Below are positions 37,014-50,306 of a stretch of DNA of 64,000 nucleotides, piece after piece. Each line of letters begins with the position of its first letter. Position 1 is the first letter of the stretch. Source of the stretch: Rhodosorus marinus CCMP1338 (taxonomy: Eukaryota > Plantae > Rhodophyta); NCBI GenBank assembly GCA_029953675.1, contig JAMWBK010000010.1, forward strand, positions 930,001 through 994,000, written 5' to 3'. A program made the translations under genes and the position numbers. The notes under the pieces were generated by a model. The model saw nothing but the letters and a program-made list of their open reading frames with translations. It was not told where the DNA came from and made no database searches.

Positions 37014-38035
37014 ATGCAACAGTGGATAAAGGCTCCAGTGTCTGAGAGATGTCGAACAGTATGGAGGAAAGCGATTAGCAGCAGGGTATCTTTGAGAGCA
37101 GACGAGGAGGAAGTTAGGTACTGTTGGATGAGGCCAGTTTTTGAATGTTTGACGTGAACTCTGCAGAGGAGATTGTCACAATAGAGACCGCCGCGTACTG
37201 AGTTTATTGCTTAGCAGTCACCCCGGCTGATATTTGGTTTGATTTCTTGTGTTTATGAATGTGACGTAGTCACCCAATGGAGATAAACCTACGATGGAGG
37301 GATCGAGTAGCAGTTTTTGCCCAGGTACATACAAACCGCGGGGGGACATGGTCTTACCACAAACTTGCGTGTAGAGTCTGTGGCTGAGTTGCTTCTTAAC
37401 TCCCTGCTTTTTCGTTTGTTTGCAAAGATATGCCCTGAGAAAACCTTGGATTCGCTCCTCGAAGCGCTGCAGAAGAATGTTAAGGTCAGTATTTGAGTTA
37501 GAACTTCCGTCCATGCTCCTAAATGCAGAGGCGCAGGAGCAGCTTGCTCATTTCATTCGCTCGTGCATGACTATTCTGAAAATCCCTAGTTTGGTCCAAG
37601 AAAAGATGAGGGCCTGGAAGCATTGTACACGTTTGCAAATTTTAGCGTATGGCAAGTGAACGGCCACTTTTTTGGGCGTAGGATGGATTTGGGTCAGTTT
37701 GAGAGCTTCCGAAGAGGTAACGTCGCGCACTCGCACAAGCCCCTGGGACTGCCGAGTAACAAACTGATCACGTTGGCTTTTACATGTCTCCGCGAACGGC
37801 TGAAGTGATGATAACGAAGCCCTACGAAATTGTCGTCAACCACGATCATCGAGAGGTACTTTCTGCCTTACGCCTGGCAGCTAATACATACCATTCAAGA
37901 ATCACTTTCGTCAACGATGACTCCTTTGGATCGAAACCTATGACGTTCCATTTCACAATGACGAAGACGAGGTTGGGACAGTACGACACCTGGATGGTAG
38001 ATTCAATGCTCCCAGACGAAGACAGCTTAAACTAG
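37014..38035 (+). CDS. Conserved plant/algal-type protein, DUF4864-like
   Basis: Exon pieces PEKTLDSLLEALQKN, FFGRRMDLGQFESFRR and PYEIVVNH...FHFTMTKTRLGQYDTWMVDSML resemble this family from memory. Internal exons are only partly resolved. Confidence 0.5.
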
Positions 38036-41000
38036 ACCCTTCGCTAGTGAATAACGTTGTTCATAGTACGGATGATACGAGTTTTGGTTCAGGACGTCAG
38101 AGTGTCATGGCCTTTCCCTGCCGGGACACAACTCGGGCTTGTATCGGACTCTGTGAAGAGTCTGAATGGACAGGTACAGCGCAGGCATGCTGGAAACCCA
38201 ATGATGCAACCCTTGGAGTTAGCCAGATAGATTGATCGGATTAATGTAAACAAGACTCACTGTCAGACCGACGCCTGCCTCAATGTCCGAGTCGCGAGAA
38301 AGAGGCCCCAAAAGATTAGAAAAACGGATCCCGGGTGTTGAGTAAAAGCCCGGGCAAGCTTGGCTGAGGCCGTGGAGATGAGCGAGTACATATCGCCTTC
38401 AGCCCGTGGTTAACCGGATCCCTTTTCTTTACTGGACAACCCGTCCGCCTGGTATATCCTACCCACCCATTCCACTTCTACGTGACTCAATAGTCCCTCA
38501 TAGAATGAAACATTCCTCTGCACTGCTCTCTGACATCGGAAATGATCTTGCGCACCGAAGTCACTCTGCCTAAAGCTTGGCTTTCGCCCACAGACCAACT
38601 GCAGGACACCACCCCGTTCATGCTATGCAAGGAAATTCGGCTCGTATTTGATCGCGTAAGTACGAATTATGAGCTTTCAATAAAAAGGACCCAAAAACAT
38701 ACAAAATTCAATTGGCTGTACCATACAATGAGTTCCATGTTCCCCACCCCTTGTTCCTCCTATTCCACGAAACCAAATGTGCAAATATATTTTATTCATT
38801 GAATATTTTTGTCTAGTACGAAACTCTATACCGCCCTTGCGGGTTCAAATCATATCCGCTCTCATTTTGGAAACTTTCCAACTGCAGTTAGAAAAATCTA
38901 CAAAATTATGAACTAATTTTCATTTTTTAAACAAAAAAGTTGTTCCGAGTTGGACAAAAAAATGTAAACTTTTGAGGATGGGAGGTGAGATTCGCCGACT
39001 ACTTTCTTTGACTTTTTTGAGGGGGGGTTGGGGCTTGCTCTCTAAGAGAAAAACTAAAAAATCTATCAACAATCTAGAGAAAAAACGTCTAATAAGGTGG
39101 ACTTGAGGCAGAATATATTGCCCCAATAGCTGAATGGTCTAAATTTCAACGGTCTTGAGGCACCCATCGGCCTAATTGGATATCGCCGATTTCTAGCAGC
39201 TGGACCGGATTCTGATGCCCCAATCCTTTGCCCCATGATGGGAGAGTTTTGTTGGGTTTGCAGAAGAAGGACTTGAGGAGTAGTCTGGCAAGGCCTTATG
39301 AGAAGCTGCTGCTCTTCTCAACTAGAGTTTTATTATGAATTGAAGCTCAACAATTCTTTCCACGTGGGACATACAATTTATTCTCACCATACGAATGAAC
39401 TCCAACATATTGTATTTTAGTTGTATTATATTGTATATTAATGGGGCATCTTTTTCATGAGTATGTAGAACAAATTTATACTGGCGCATGCCCCATTCGC
39501 GCTTTCACAACGGAACATAACCCACATTCACCGTGAGAAGTCCTATCACTATCCAATGGGGCAGATTCGATGCCTCGATTGTCCGATTGCCGTATAGCTT
39601 CCGGGCCCCACCTTACTTCTACTCACTGATTTCCGGGATTATTGATAGTGTGATTCCTTGAAAAAGAGGAGATCGATAGTATTTTGATTTTTGGAATTGT
39701 TTTCCGAAAGTAGAGTTTTAATAATAGATATCTGGCAAATATTCAGGTATTCACAATCCCCCGACCCCCTCGAGTTTCACATCGTTAGTACAGATCATCA
39801 AGGTTGGAACGGCCACAGAGAGACCTAGAACAGTCATAGAATTTGGAAATACGGCAATGTTTTGATTAGGAGTTTAACGTTAGCGGTACATTTTGAGGGT
39901 TAGAGACTTGTATATACTGTAAAGGGGTCTCGGCCAAATGGACATGTAGGTACAGATTGGAGTGGAAAAAGACGGGAATGAAGGAGTTCGTATTCAGCGG
40001 CTGCATCTATAGTCATATGTTGGTCACCATCTCAAAAAAGTCTTCCACTTTATACCTTTTCGCGGGTCATGTTGAGGTCCTTCTGCACAGTAGGTAGTAC
40101 TTCGGGTCAAAAGCACGTGGGCAGAGAGCTCCTCCATAAACACGGCTGCAAGCTTCCCTTGACTGGTCTCACAGACCTCTCCGCTATACGGTTACCCACT
40201 GGGGTGCATGGGGAAGAAAGATCCCAACGCATGCTCAGGTTCTTTAGCATCATCCCCTCCTGACACTTTGGGAATAGTGTCGTACAATCCGCAGGGTTTG
40301 TTTGTCTTGGTGATTCCCCTCGACATCTCTGGAAAGCTCTCAACTGTACCACTAAATGTCTCGCTCTCATGCGATCAGATGAATGCATCGCGGAGACTGT
40401 CCTATACGCCCTGCTGTAGCCCTCTGAAGCTCCACCTCATCAGAGGACGCACAGGCATTAGGGTTTGGGCCGCCCAAGAGCCCAAAACTTAATGACCTCA
40501 GCACCAATTCGGAACCTGTCATGGTTTTTAATTAGGGGTTTATCTTGTACGGTATATTTTAGAGTTTAAACAACAAACCATACATTGTGTTACAAGCATG
40601 TCTGGGCAAGAGGACATAAATTAAGATTCTATCTACGTCATAAAAAAAGCAGAGAAAACGCAAGTTAGGATTCAGGAACTGATCCTATACCCCTGGATGG
40701 AGCCTCATAAAATCCGAAGGTGGCGTTTTTTCTGATCGTTTGTGAGGTGGGGTAAGGTGGTGGGGGGGTGGGAAGCCTCGGTTTTGTGGGAAAATGTCCT
40801 CTGTTTGAGGACATTTTCTCCTTGCTTTTAGCTTCTGGAGCAGTGCATAGGAAATTCCTCCTTTTTGGTGAGGTTTTCGACGTGAAAAAGATCGGAGGAA
40901 GGGTTTTTGATATATATGGAGAAAAGAGTCTCTTTGAGGAGGGAAGAAGGGATGGGAGTGTGGGCGAAGAGGGTTGGGGGAGGAAGGAGAAGCGGGGTGA

Positions 41001-41410
41001 TAAGGATTGGATGCGAAGATGGGTTGACAAAGGGATGGAATAGTTCAGACTGTTTTGTTTTTTTTGACATGCGTGCATTTTGTGGAGGGTACCTGTTTTG
41101 AATTGCGTTGGGGAAAGAAAGGGGATGGAATAGGGGCCGCGGGGGCAGGGGGTGGGGGGAGGGGGAAAGATTTGGTGAGGGTCTTCTCCTGGGGTTTGAA
41201 GAAGTTTTGGGTGGGGTGAGGAGATGGGGAAATAGGGCTAGGTGAGGATCTGGAATTTATGGATTGCTTGGCGGGCGGGTGGGTATTCGTTTTTGGGTTT
41301 TGAGTGGATTGCGACAGGGGGGTGTTTTTGCGGTGTTTTTTTCTCTTCGTTGGTGGGGAGTTTGGAGTTTTTTTTAGGCGTTTTTGTTTTTTTGAGAAAC
41401 GTTGAAGAGA

Positions 41411-42732
41411 ATGTCTTCTCCTGCCGAAAGAATGGTGTCCAGAATGAGGGAATATTTTAAGAGGAAGTCACCAGCTCCAGCATCTGATTCGGAGAAAGGC
41501 AACTTCGTCAGAAAGGAATCCGGGGCTTCTAGTGTGAGCGGCTCGTTGTTAAATCGGCTATCAAGGAAGCCTTCCTCGTTGAACGGGATGGATGAAAAGG
41601 GTGTAGTTAGCGCCGTGGGCATTACTGAGGATCCGAATGTACAGTGGAGAAAGCACATGGAGGTAGGTCAACGGGTGCATGCAGCACACCTATAGGAAGC
41701 GCAAGTTAGCTAAGTGGTTTAATCGTGTACGGCTGTCCTTGCACCTCTGCGCTTGGCTAATTCATGTACGCTTCCATCAACGATCAGGACGGACACGCCA
41801 TCTTGACGAACTTCAGGGGATCCAGGAAGGAAGCTTTCTTTGGAGTCTATGACGGACACGGGGGTCGCGCTGCTGTTGAGAGTGTGCAGAAATGCCTGCA
41901 CAAGGTATGGGTTTTCAGCTTCAACATGTTTGGTGAGAATCCGTATTGGATGCAGGGTGATCTTTTGAGAGCGGTTTTAGGTAGCACTTTGAAACCCCAT
42001 CCGATCAACTTATTTGTTTCTGTTGTCCCTCAATGTAGTTCTTCGCAGATGAGCTATCTTCACAGGTAGTAGACATCAGCCCAGAACAAGCCTTTGCAGA
42101 AGCCTACCGGAAGGCGGATGCTGTACTGTTGGAGAATCGGTGTCTATATGTTGGTACAACTTCTGTAACATGCTACGTAAGTTTAGATGAAAATGATAGA
42201 AAACACCTTCACGTCGCCAATGTTGGAGATGCGAGGGCAGTTTTGTGGTGAGATTAAAAAGCATCACAACCTACCATTTCTTTCTTCAGTGAGAGCTGAA
42301 CGTTCCTATGTTCAATTTCGTTTGGGCAGCCGGGACGGCAAAGGTTTGAGATTATCGTACGACCATAAAGCGTCGGACGACTTGGAGCAGAAGCGGGTTT
42401 GTGAGGATGGGGGTCAAATAGTTGGAAGACGCGTGAATGGTGTGTTGTCTGTATCTCGAGCTCTTGGAGATCATGCTATGAAAAAGGTTGTTCTCGGGTC
42501 ACCCTACACTAGCCATGAGGTGTTAACAAGCGAAGACCCGTTCGTGATACTGGCTTGTGATGGACTCTGGGATGTAATGTCAGATGATGATGCGTGCACC
42601 GTTGTTCTCGAGACCGCGGCCAACAATGAAGCAAAGGAGCTAGACGTTCAACTTGCAAGCAGAGTGCTGGTCCAGCTTGCCTTGAAAAGAGGGAGCACAG
42701 ACAACGTTTCGGTCATGGTTATTAAGTTTTGA
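41411..42732 (+). CDS. Protein phosphatase 2C (PPM family)
   Basis: RKHME|DGH, FFGVYDGHGG, ANVGDARAVL, LSYDHK, RVNGVLSVSRALGDH, ILACDGLWDV and GSTDNVSV; several introns. Confidence 0.95.
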
Positions 42733-43944
42733 AGAGCTGGTTCACACGGAACTATTCGGAAACGGCGTACGCCACCTGTACAGTAAATGTTAATTGTAAT
42801 TCTTAGATGACTCGGAGAATCGAATGGTTTCGAGTGGAATTGAAGGAAGTGCTCTGGAATCATCAGACTTCAGCCGGGTCCACCTCGAGGTAGAAGGAAT
42901 CAGCCAGCAAAGTATGGGGTTACGTCAGCTGTGAGACTCTCTGCAGGAAGCGTTTGTGGCGAACCTCACATTGGGAATACCGCTCATTCGCATAAAATTT
43001 GACCCTCCAGCGCCATTGCAGTTCACAACCAAGGGGCACTGGACGACAGAGCAATCATGCAGCATCGACGTCATTGAACTTCTCAATAGATCGGGAAGTC
43101 TGAACAGATCCTGATTTCGCCGTTGGACAAGAACAACCGTGCGCCACTGGATTCAGCCACAACCGGTGACTCGCGCTATGAACTCATGCTTGCTGAGTAT
43201 TAGCCTCGTGGTGAAAAGAGCCGCGTGTTTTAAGCGAAGGTTTCAACACCGGTTGCACTTCCGGCAACAGAGCCCTGAACTCGCGGATGGGCACTACGCT
43301 ATCTCCCATGCTCCCTCTTGCAAACAAAAGCTCAACCCCAGGCGTCTCAAAAGCTCATGGGGATGGTGCCATCGAAGGATTTTTCCCAAAACCGAGGCTG
43401 ACCATTTGCCAGCCCCTTCACTTCCACTCAAAAAACAGAACCCCAGCGGGTCTGAAGGCAAAACGTTCGATATTCAAAACACCTCGTAAAGCACGTGTCC
43501 AGAATTCCTGCGCAGCCCACACCAGACTCTCTAGTCGACTTTCAACCAGCTGACTATCCTCGAACACTTCCCAATCGGAGATCATTCCTACAAACGCCAG
43601 ACCCCTACCGTAAGATCCTGATTGGCTGCAATGGGAGCGGGGATGCTAGATCGATTTAGTACAGAGAAACCGATCATAACGATGGATGGAAAGAGTGTGC
43701 TTTGAGTAGCACCACCTGGACACGAAGAGCTATCTGAGAAGCGAGTCAGTTTGGTTTGAACTGGTGTGTGTGTTTGAGAGAGAGTTTTGTTGTTGTTTTT
43801 TTAAAAAGGGGGGGAGGGAAGCGGTGCCTGGGCTGGGATCTGAGTAAAACGTTCAATGAATTTCCCTCAAAGCGCTATGATCGCGTCTTGCCTATTTACT
43901 TCTCTGCCTGCGAGGGTTGTTTTCGTACTTTTGTTCGGGCGGTG

Positions 43945-45156
43945 ATGGCGCCTGGTAACCTTAAAAAGGTCCTGGTTCTGAATGCCGGGTCCTCGTCGTT
44001 GAAGTTCAAGTTATTCGCGCGATCGAAGGGTTTGAGTTTGAGCTTGGAATCGCGCGGTGTTGCTGAGAGAATTGGAGACTTGAAGTCAGCGATATCTTTC
44101 TGTGACGCTTCTGGCAAGCAGAAGAACCTATCCAGCCAACTTGGAGATCATCAAGAGGCTCTGGGAACGATTTTCAACGAACTCAAGTTATCTGCCAGTG
44201 ATCTCTACGCTGTGGGACACAGGGTCACTCATGGAAGTGATAAGATTTACAAGGCTTCCAGAATAACTCCGGAGGTGAAGAAGATCATCGTTGACACGAT
44301 ACCTCTTGCCCCGCTTCACAATCCCGTGAACCTTCTGGGGATCGAGAGCGCTGAAGCTCTTCTCGGTGATGAGGTGCCTCAAGTCGCGGTCTTCGATACT
44401 GCGTTTCATCATTCCATTCCTCCGGAAGCTTACCTCTACGCGGTTCCTTTGAAGGATACAGCGGAGAGGCTGTCTGTCAGAAAGTATGGATATCACGGCA
44501 GCTCATACGCCTTCCTGTTGAATCGCGCAGCAGAGTACTTCCACAAGCCAAAGCAACAGCTCAATCTTATCATCTGCCATTTGGGAGCTGGCGCGAGTAT
44601 GGCGTGCATAAAGCAAGGCAAATGTGTCGATACCACCATGGGGATGACGCCTCTTGAGGGACTGTGCATGAGCACAAGAAGTGGAGATATCGATCCTGGA
44701 GCAGTTCTGTTTCTAGTGAACAAGCTAGGCGTAGGCAAGACCGATCAGCTCTTGAACAAGCAGTCAGGATTGTATGGCCTGTCCGGGTTCAAGGACATGA
44801 GAGAGGTTTTAGAAAATGTCGAGCAGGGAGATAGAGGGTCCGAGCTCGCGCTAAGTATATTTGTTGGTCGAGTCAGGAAGTACCTCGGTGCCTACATCGT
44901 GAACCTGAACGGTAATTTGGATGGAGTGGTGTTCTCTGCGGGGATTGGGGAGCACTCCACTCTTGTGAGAGAAAGGATCTGCAAAGGGCTGGAGGGTTTC
45001 GGTATAGAGCTATCTCCGACGCGAAATCTAAGCACGAAAGAGGGCGAAATCAGCAGCAACAGAAGCAGGGTGAAAGTCTTGGTCCTTCCTACTGATGAAG
45101 AGCAGCAGATCGCAATGGAGACGGTCTCCGTCATCAATGGCCTCGGTGATGGCTAG
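43945..45156 (+). CDS. ackA: Acetate kinase, intronless
   Basis: VLVLNAGSSSLKF, GHRVTHG, APLHNP, FDTAFH, YGYHGSS, HLGAGAS, DTTMGMTPLEGLCMSTRSGDIDP, DMR, FSAGIGE and TDEE. Confidence 0.96.
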   Translation: MAPGNLKKVLVLNAGSSSLKFKLFARSKGLSLSLESRGVAERIGDLKSAISFCDASGKQKNLSSQLGDHQEALGTIFNELKLSASDLYAVGHRVTHGSDKIYKASRITPEVKKIIVDTIPLAPLHNPVNLLGIESAEALLGDEVPQVAVFDTAFHHSIPPEAYLYAVPLKDTAERLSVRKYGYHGSSYAFLLNRAAEYFHKPKQQLNLIICHLGAGASMACIKQGKCVDTTMGMTPLEGLCMSTRSGDIDPGAVLFLVNKLGVGKTDQLLNKQSGLYGLSGFKDMREVLENVEQGDRGSELALSIFVGRVRKYLGAYIVNLNGNLDGVVFSAGIGEHSTLVRERICKGLEGFGIELSPTRNLSTKEGEISSNRSRVKVLVLPTDEEQQIAMETVSVINGLGDG

Positions 45157-45349
45157 CGGTGGACTCATTAGTTCTTCCGTCCCGTCATGAAAGATATGCA
45201 GCTGTAGTGATCACTGACTGGATCCGTCGACCTAACCTTGCGCGAGCTGATCTGTGGTCCTAATCATCGACCGAGGTGTACCTCAGCTTTGTTCGGAATC
45301 CATTTTATCGTCATGTAGAATTTTGATGCGCATTTGACGGGAGCTTTTG

Positions 45350-47628
45350 CTAGTCCTTCTTTATCCGGATGGTTTCCAGTGCGGAAGAATAGAACCTGTC
45401 GTCAAGCTCCTTGCTGTCAGACGAACCAGGTACTGGCTTCGTCAGAATCATAATCAGGTCCGTGAGAACCTCGTGATTGCCAAGGATTTCAGTGTGCGTG
45501 GATGCCTTCGGTCCACCCCTTGGCAATCCGAAGTCCAAGTTTTTTATGCTTTCCACGGTCTCCTCGAAGACGTCGGTCTCGTGCAAATACTCTCTGGTCA
45601 CGGTCCGAATCCCCGCGGGGTTTTGTGGGGTTGTACCGTTCCACAGATTAATGCAAGGATACGCCAGACTTTCCTGCACAGTGTTTCAGGAAGAGGTTTT
45701 ATGGTGAAACATGGAACTTGGTAAATCAACAGAAGCTCGTGAAAGTCGTTCGATCGTACCAGCGGAACTGTGGCATCGCCCTCGCCATCGTAAGCGATGC
45801 CTCGAGTGAGTCTCTTATCTGGTGTGTCTGTGTCTAGAATCAAAGGAATCTCGGTGAAGTACTCCGGAGTCTTCGTGTTTGGAACGTAGTGGTAACCTCG
45901 CTCGGTTCCCTCATCCGGGCTGTAGCCATAGAGACAGTAGATCTTCTGCGTTTTGTCCGTAAATGGGAGGGCCTTTTCGAAGGGATTAGTCCACGTTCGA
46001 GGGTCCGAGTTATCCGGGTTCAGCTTTGTCCCTAGTGAGAACAGGCTTCTCACTCTGTTCATGTAGTCTGGTGCTAGCTCGTCCAGGACACTAAGCATTT
46101 CCGGTACCGTATAGTTCTTCGATGATATCTTCTCCAGCTGTGCTCGAAGCTGTGGCGAGTATGTCTTAGACTCGGACGCGTCATCAGCACTGAACAGCTC
46201 AGCCAGCCGTTTCTTGATATCTATTGGAAAGGTCAGCCCGTAGTACTCCTTGTCTGGCCACACAGAGTTGTCTCCCTTGGGGAACATAGTTGGAACCGAT
46301 CCAAGGCTTCGGAAAAACGCCAGGAGCTTGTTGTTCAGTTTACCTCCCGTAAACTGCTGAGCGATTCGGCCGATATCGACCGTATCCCGTGTCTCCGCAC
46401 TGACGCCGCAAGACACCGCCTTTGGCACTCCAAGATGAGCTCCGGCAATGTTTACCCAAGCGCCCACGTACTTTTCGAGCCACTCAGGTCCTTCAAAAAG
46501 AACAGGTGCACGGTTAGAACGTCGTTGGGGGAGAGCATTCAGGACTTCTACTCGGGGTTACAATTCTTGACACCGTACCGCGCTCGTTGGCAACCCAATT
46601 CAGGAAGTAAAAAGCCATATTGCTGCCCATACTATGCGCCAGGATTGCGACCCGCTCTTTGTTACGACGGTGTAAGAATTCTATTTCGTGCATTATCCTA
46701 CTGAACACACCGTCTTCCTGCTCGAGGGTTGTGGCAGACAAGCGCCAATCGTAGGAGAATACCTTCAGGCTCCGCGAGTCATAGCCGACATCGGCTAAAT
46801 TCTCAAACACCTGGGAACGACACAACCTCAGCTGATTGAGGATTGAACAGGTGATTCGAATGCCGCTGGGTTTTTGCATTTACCTTCCCCCAAACAACGT
46901 ATCCGGGCATCAAATAGTCCATGGAGTTATACCCCTCGGTGGCTCTTATCTTTACGCCTTCCGGGTCGGTCCATTCCGGGGTTAGGCTAAGGTGCTCCAG
47001 CCAACATGTGAGATTCCTGAGCGCCGCCCTAGCACACTGGGCTGACCCCCAGTATCTGTTGTTGGGGTATCGAAGCTGAGACGTTAGCAATTGAGCGAGA
47101 GTGTCCTTGGTAGGATCTGGAGATCGTACTTTTCTCTAAAAGAATATGAGGAGCAATCCCGGCCCTCCCAGATCTCGAGCATTGACGAGGTAATCCCAGG
47201 GAGAACAATCACCGGCATTGAAGCTGTCCTTGTACCCTTCAGGTCTTGCCCTGGCCTTCTTACCTCATCATTGCTGTAACCTTCCCCAAGGTCCCTGACA
47301 AAGGTCTCAAACTGATCAACAGCGTCCTTCATTCTCTCATCGCTCCGCATCTTGTCCATAAAGGCCCGAATGTCTTCGTCATCCTCCATATGCTCTGCCA
47401 TAGACCTGGTGCAAGAACCGTACCAAAAACAACGCAAGCTAAGAACAAAATAAAACTCTGCAAGCCTATTGGCTTATCCCCCCAAAGTGCTTACTTGGCA
47501 ATCTTGTTGGGCACCTTTTTGACCATCAAGGTCGAGATGACTATCGCCAGAACAAGCACCACCAACGAGACAATGCCCATAGTCTGCATCGCAGATTTCA
47601 CTGACGAACTACCCTTTTCACGTGCCAT
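45350..47628 (-). CDS. PDAT: Phospholipid:diacylglycerol acyltransferase (LCAT/PDAT family)
   Basis: N-terminal TM helix, then VIVLPGITSSMLEIWEG, YDWRLS, AHSMG (lipase-type Ser), HLGVPKAV, IYCLYG, EGDATVPL and HTEILGN; multi-exon. Confidence 0.9.
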
Positions 47629-48763
47629 TTCTTCTCCTTTCCTTTTAGCTGAGTTTTCACTCAGACCCTCAAACCAAACTCCTGAAATACTCAGATCCAA
47701 GCTCCCCACAGACGTGATCTCCTCTTCCCTCCAGCAGCACCTTCCCCAAACACCATTCGCAATCCACAATCGGACACCAAAAAAAAAAAAACACGCTCTC
47801 CGCAAAACGTCCGAAAAAAAGAAAGAAATTGAATGGAAGTGATTTCCATTGGCCCATCAGCAACTGATTATTATTTAAAAAGAGAATATATATCAAAACT
47901 CTATTAACTTATTTGTATTTTATTTAATTATTTGCACCAATAAAATACACATGATATGATATCTTCTATTTTTCATCTGATCATTTAAATTCTAGAAACA
48001 GGGCTTGGAGATTCTTTTCACTATATTAGTATTCGATCGTCATCATGCGTTTTCTGAGGAGCGCCAGTACGGAGCACGCTGGTGACGCATGTCCAACAAT
48101 AATCGTAGCGGTAGAGCGCCAGAGCGTCAGATGAAGCCGCCCGAGAAGGCTTTCAAGACGCCCTGGGTCATTTTCGAGAGACAGGACGAAGTTATCGGGA
48201 AAGCAAACTCCGTCTAAAAGCCCAAGAGAGTCGATTGTGAGTGGTACAAACCCATGGGACAGCGCCGTGTCCGGAAACGTAGGATGAGCCATCGCCACGG
48301 TGTCTTGAGGCTCCTTCAGTCGTCGCTTTGAAACCAGATACATCGCGTCGAGCAGAAGCCGGAAAGTATCTCGCAGCCTGAGGATACGGATATGGATCAC
48401 TCAAGATACTCGTCCGCGGTGCCTGAACATCAGGAGCAAGCACCCTATCTGCTGGTCAAGGGACCTCGTATCCCACCACTAGGTATATTTCGAGCGAATT
48501 CGACCGCAGATATCGGAACAACAGTCTCTTTATCTACGAACACGAACGAATACGGGTCCCCATGATCCCCCCCAGGCTAGACCCTACCAAAGGGTACCAA
48601 ACCTTGTTATTTAAGGTGAAGTGAACCAATGATATGGATAAGACAATAACGGAACCAGTTTTTTGTTTTTCAGGTAAAAAAAAGGAAATATTGTTCGTCG
48701 GTATTTTGTTGGCTTTTTGAGGGGGGGGAGGTGGGGAAAAGAAGTACGGAGTGAGCGAAGGCA

Positions 48764-49777
48764 ATGGCAATGGTGGTGGAGGGATGCTGGTAGATGGAGG
48801 TGATTAAAGAAAACCGAATCAGGTATTAGCCTAAGGACAGAAGGAGGAAGCTCTTATAGTGCGGCGTATTCCGTCTCTTTTTCACGTAGTACTCCAAACG
48901 CTCTCTGAATACAAGGTGTTTTAGAACGTTGAGTAGTGCGGTGTGTCTGATGACCGGTTCGGACGTTTGGAGCGTGGCAGTGTTTAGGGCCAGAGCAAGA
49001 ATCGGAATGGAGACATGCCAAAGACTACTGAAGATAGTAGAGAATGGCTAGTATCGTTTGAAGACACTGGTTGTATGATGCGTTTTGTCACAGTGCCAAG
49101 TTGAGCCTGAAGCCAGCGCACTCTTGAACACATGGTGCTCAACCCATACCCAGTGTATTTTTACTCTCTTGTATGGCCACCTGACTCTATGGTGCAGCTT
49201 TAGCTGGCTGATGGTAATCGCAGGCTTCATCATAGGAGTCCTTTTCGTAACTCCCTGAGAGCTGAAGAAGAAAAAAGCTACTGATCCTCTTGCACAACTG
49301 GTTCCCTGTCGCTTAACGTATGCGGACTTCACTGAACACGGCGAAATAGTGTAAGAGCCTCTGTTCTTTACAACCTATGTTTCAGAGAGCTCTGGCTATC
49401 GCTTGATTCTGAATTTCTAACACCAACATGGAGAGGCAGCCTTCAGCAGCGATACCCAGTATGTTGGCCACCCCGGGCATCGCGAATCCTCGCTCGAGGC
49501 ACTCTCCAATTGCGCCCATTGTCTAGCAGACTATTACCATACGCTGGGCGTTCGGTTTCTGCTTTGGAGCATGTGCCTACCGCCGCGCACCATGATGCAC
49601 GAAGAACTAGTAGGTAGTAACCCCCAGTCCCTTGGGCTCGCATCTCAACGGCCAGCTCAGGCAAGGAGCGTGGTCAAGTTCTCCGCGCGGATCGCGAAAG
49701 AATCGTACTCGGGTACCATGCTTGAAGGACAAAGCAAGCGGCGCGGAGCGCTCAATCATACCTTTCAGCTACAGTAG
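48764..49777 (+). other. Unresolved putative multi-exon gene, possibly a membrane protein
   Basis: A G-rich leader precedes an ATG. Hydrophobic open segments occur (IFTLLYGHLTLWCSFSWLMVIAGFIIGVLF; LGVRFLLWSMCLP). No family recognised. Confidence 0.2.
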
Positions 49778-49997
49778 TTCATTTTATTTTCATTCGAGGA
49801 GTGGCTTCTCTTCGGTCTTCGCCGCCTTGACCGTTCCGGACTTTCAAACTAAGGGGGTCGAATCTTCGTTCTGATTTCCGCTGCGTAAAAGCGTAGTCAA
49901 AGTTTGATCCTCAGACTATCTGGTTCTTGTCCAATGACACAAAAGCTTCATTTAAGGAAGCATGCTAAAAACAAGTCACTCGATTCTTCCGTTCTTC

Positions 49998-50306
49998 CTA
50001 AATTCTCGACACGTTGCAAATAGCAAGGCCGGTCAACGCTCAGCTCTATCGCTTTGCTATGGGATATCTCATGTACACTTACCTCTCCTCCTCCTCTAGC
50101 GATCGCTTCAGGATATCAATTCTATACTTCAACTTTTCGTTCTCAAGCTCAAGCTCCGCTATGCGCTTCGCACTATCCGGGTCGGAAACCGTCGAACCCT
50201 TCCTCAAGTTCGAGTTGGACGATGGCGAGAAATCTTCAAGCTGTTTAATTCGATTCGCGAGATGGACAGCAGCTTGTTCCAAGGACGATAATCTTGTTTC
50301 GTCCAT
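49998..50306 (-). CDS. Small (~76-aa) two-helix coiled-coil protein resembling the ArgRS N-terminal leucine zipper
   Basis: MDETRLSSLEQAAVHLANRIKQLE...AELELENEKLKYRIDILKRSLEEEER|I-stop, with a GT-AG intron at 50082-50005. Confidence 0.75.

Noticed and set aside
43756-43944. 63-aa N-terminal extension of acetate kinase in the ORF track
   Set aside because: It starts at TTG and translates the G/T-rich leader; homology begins just after ATG 43945.
43945-47628. ackA-PDAT as an acetyl/lipid gene cluster
   Set aside because: Only adjacency supports it; the genes are convergent with no shared promoter and no direct pathway link.
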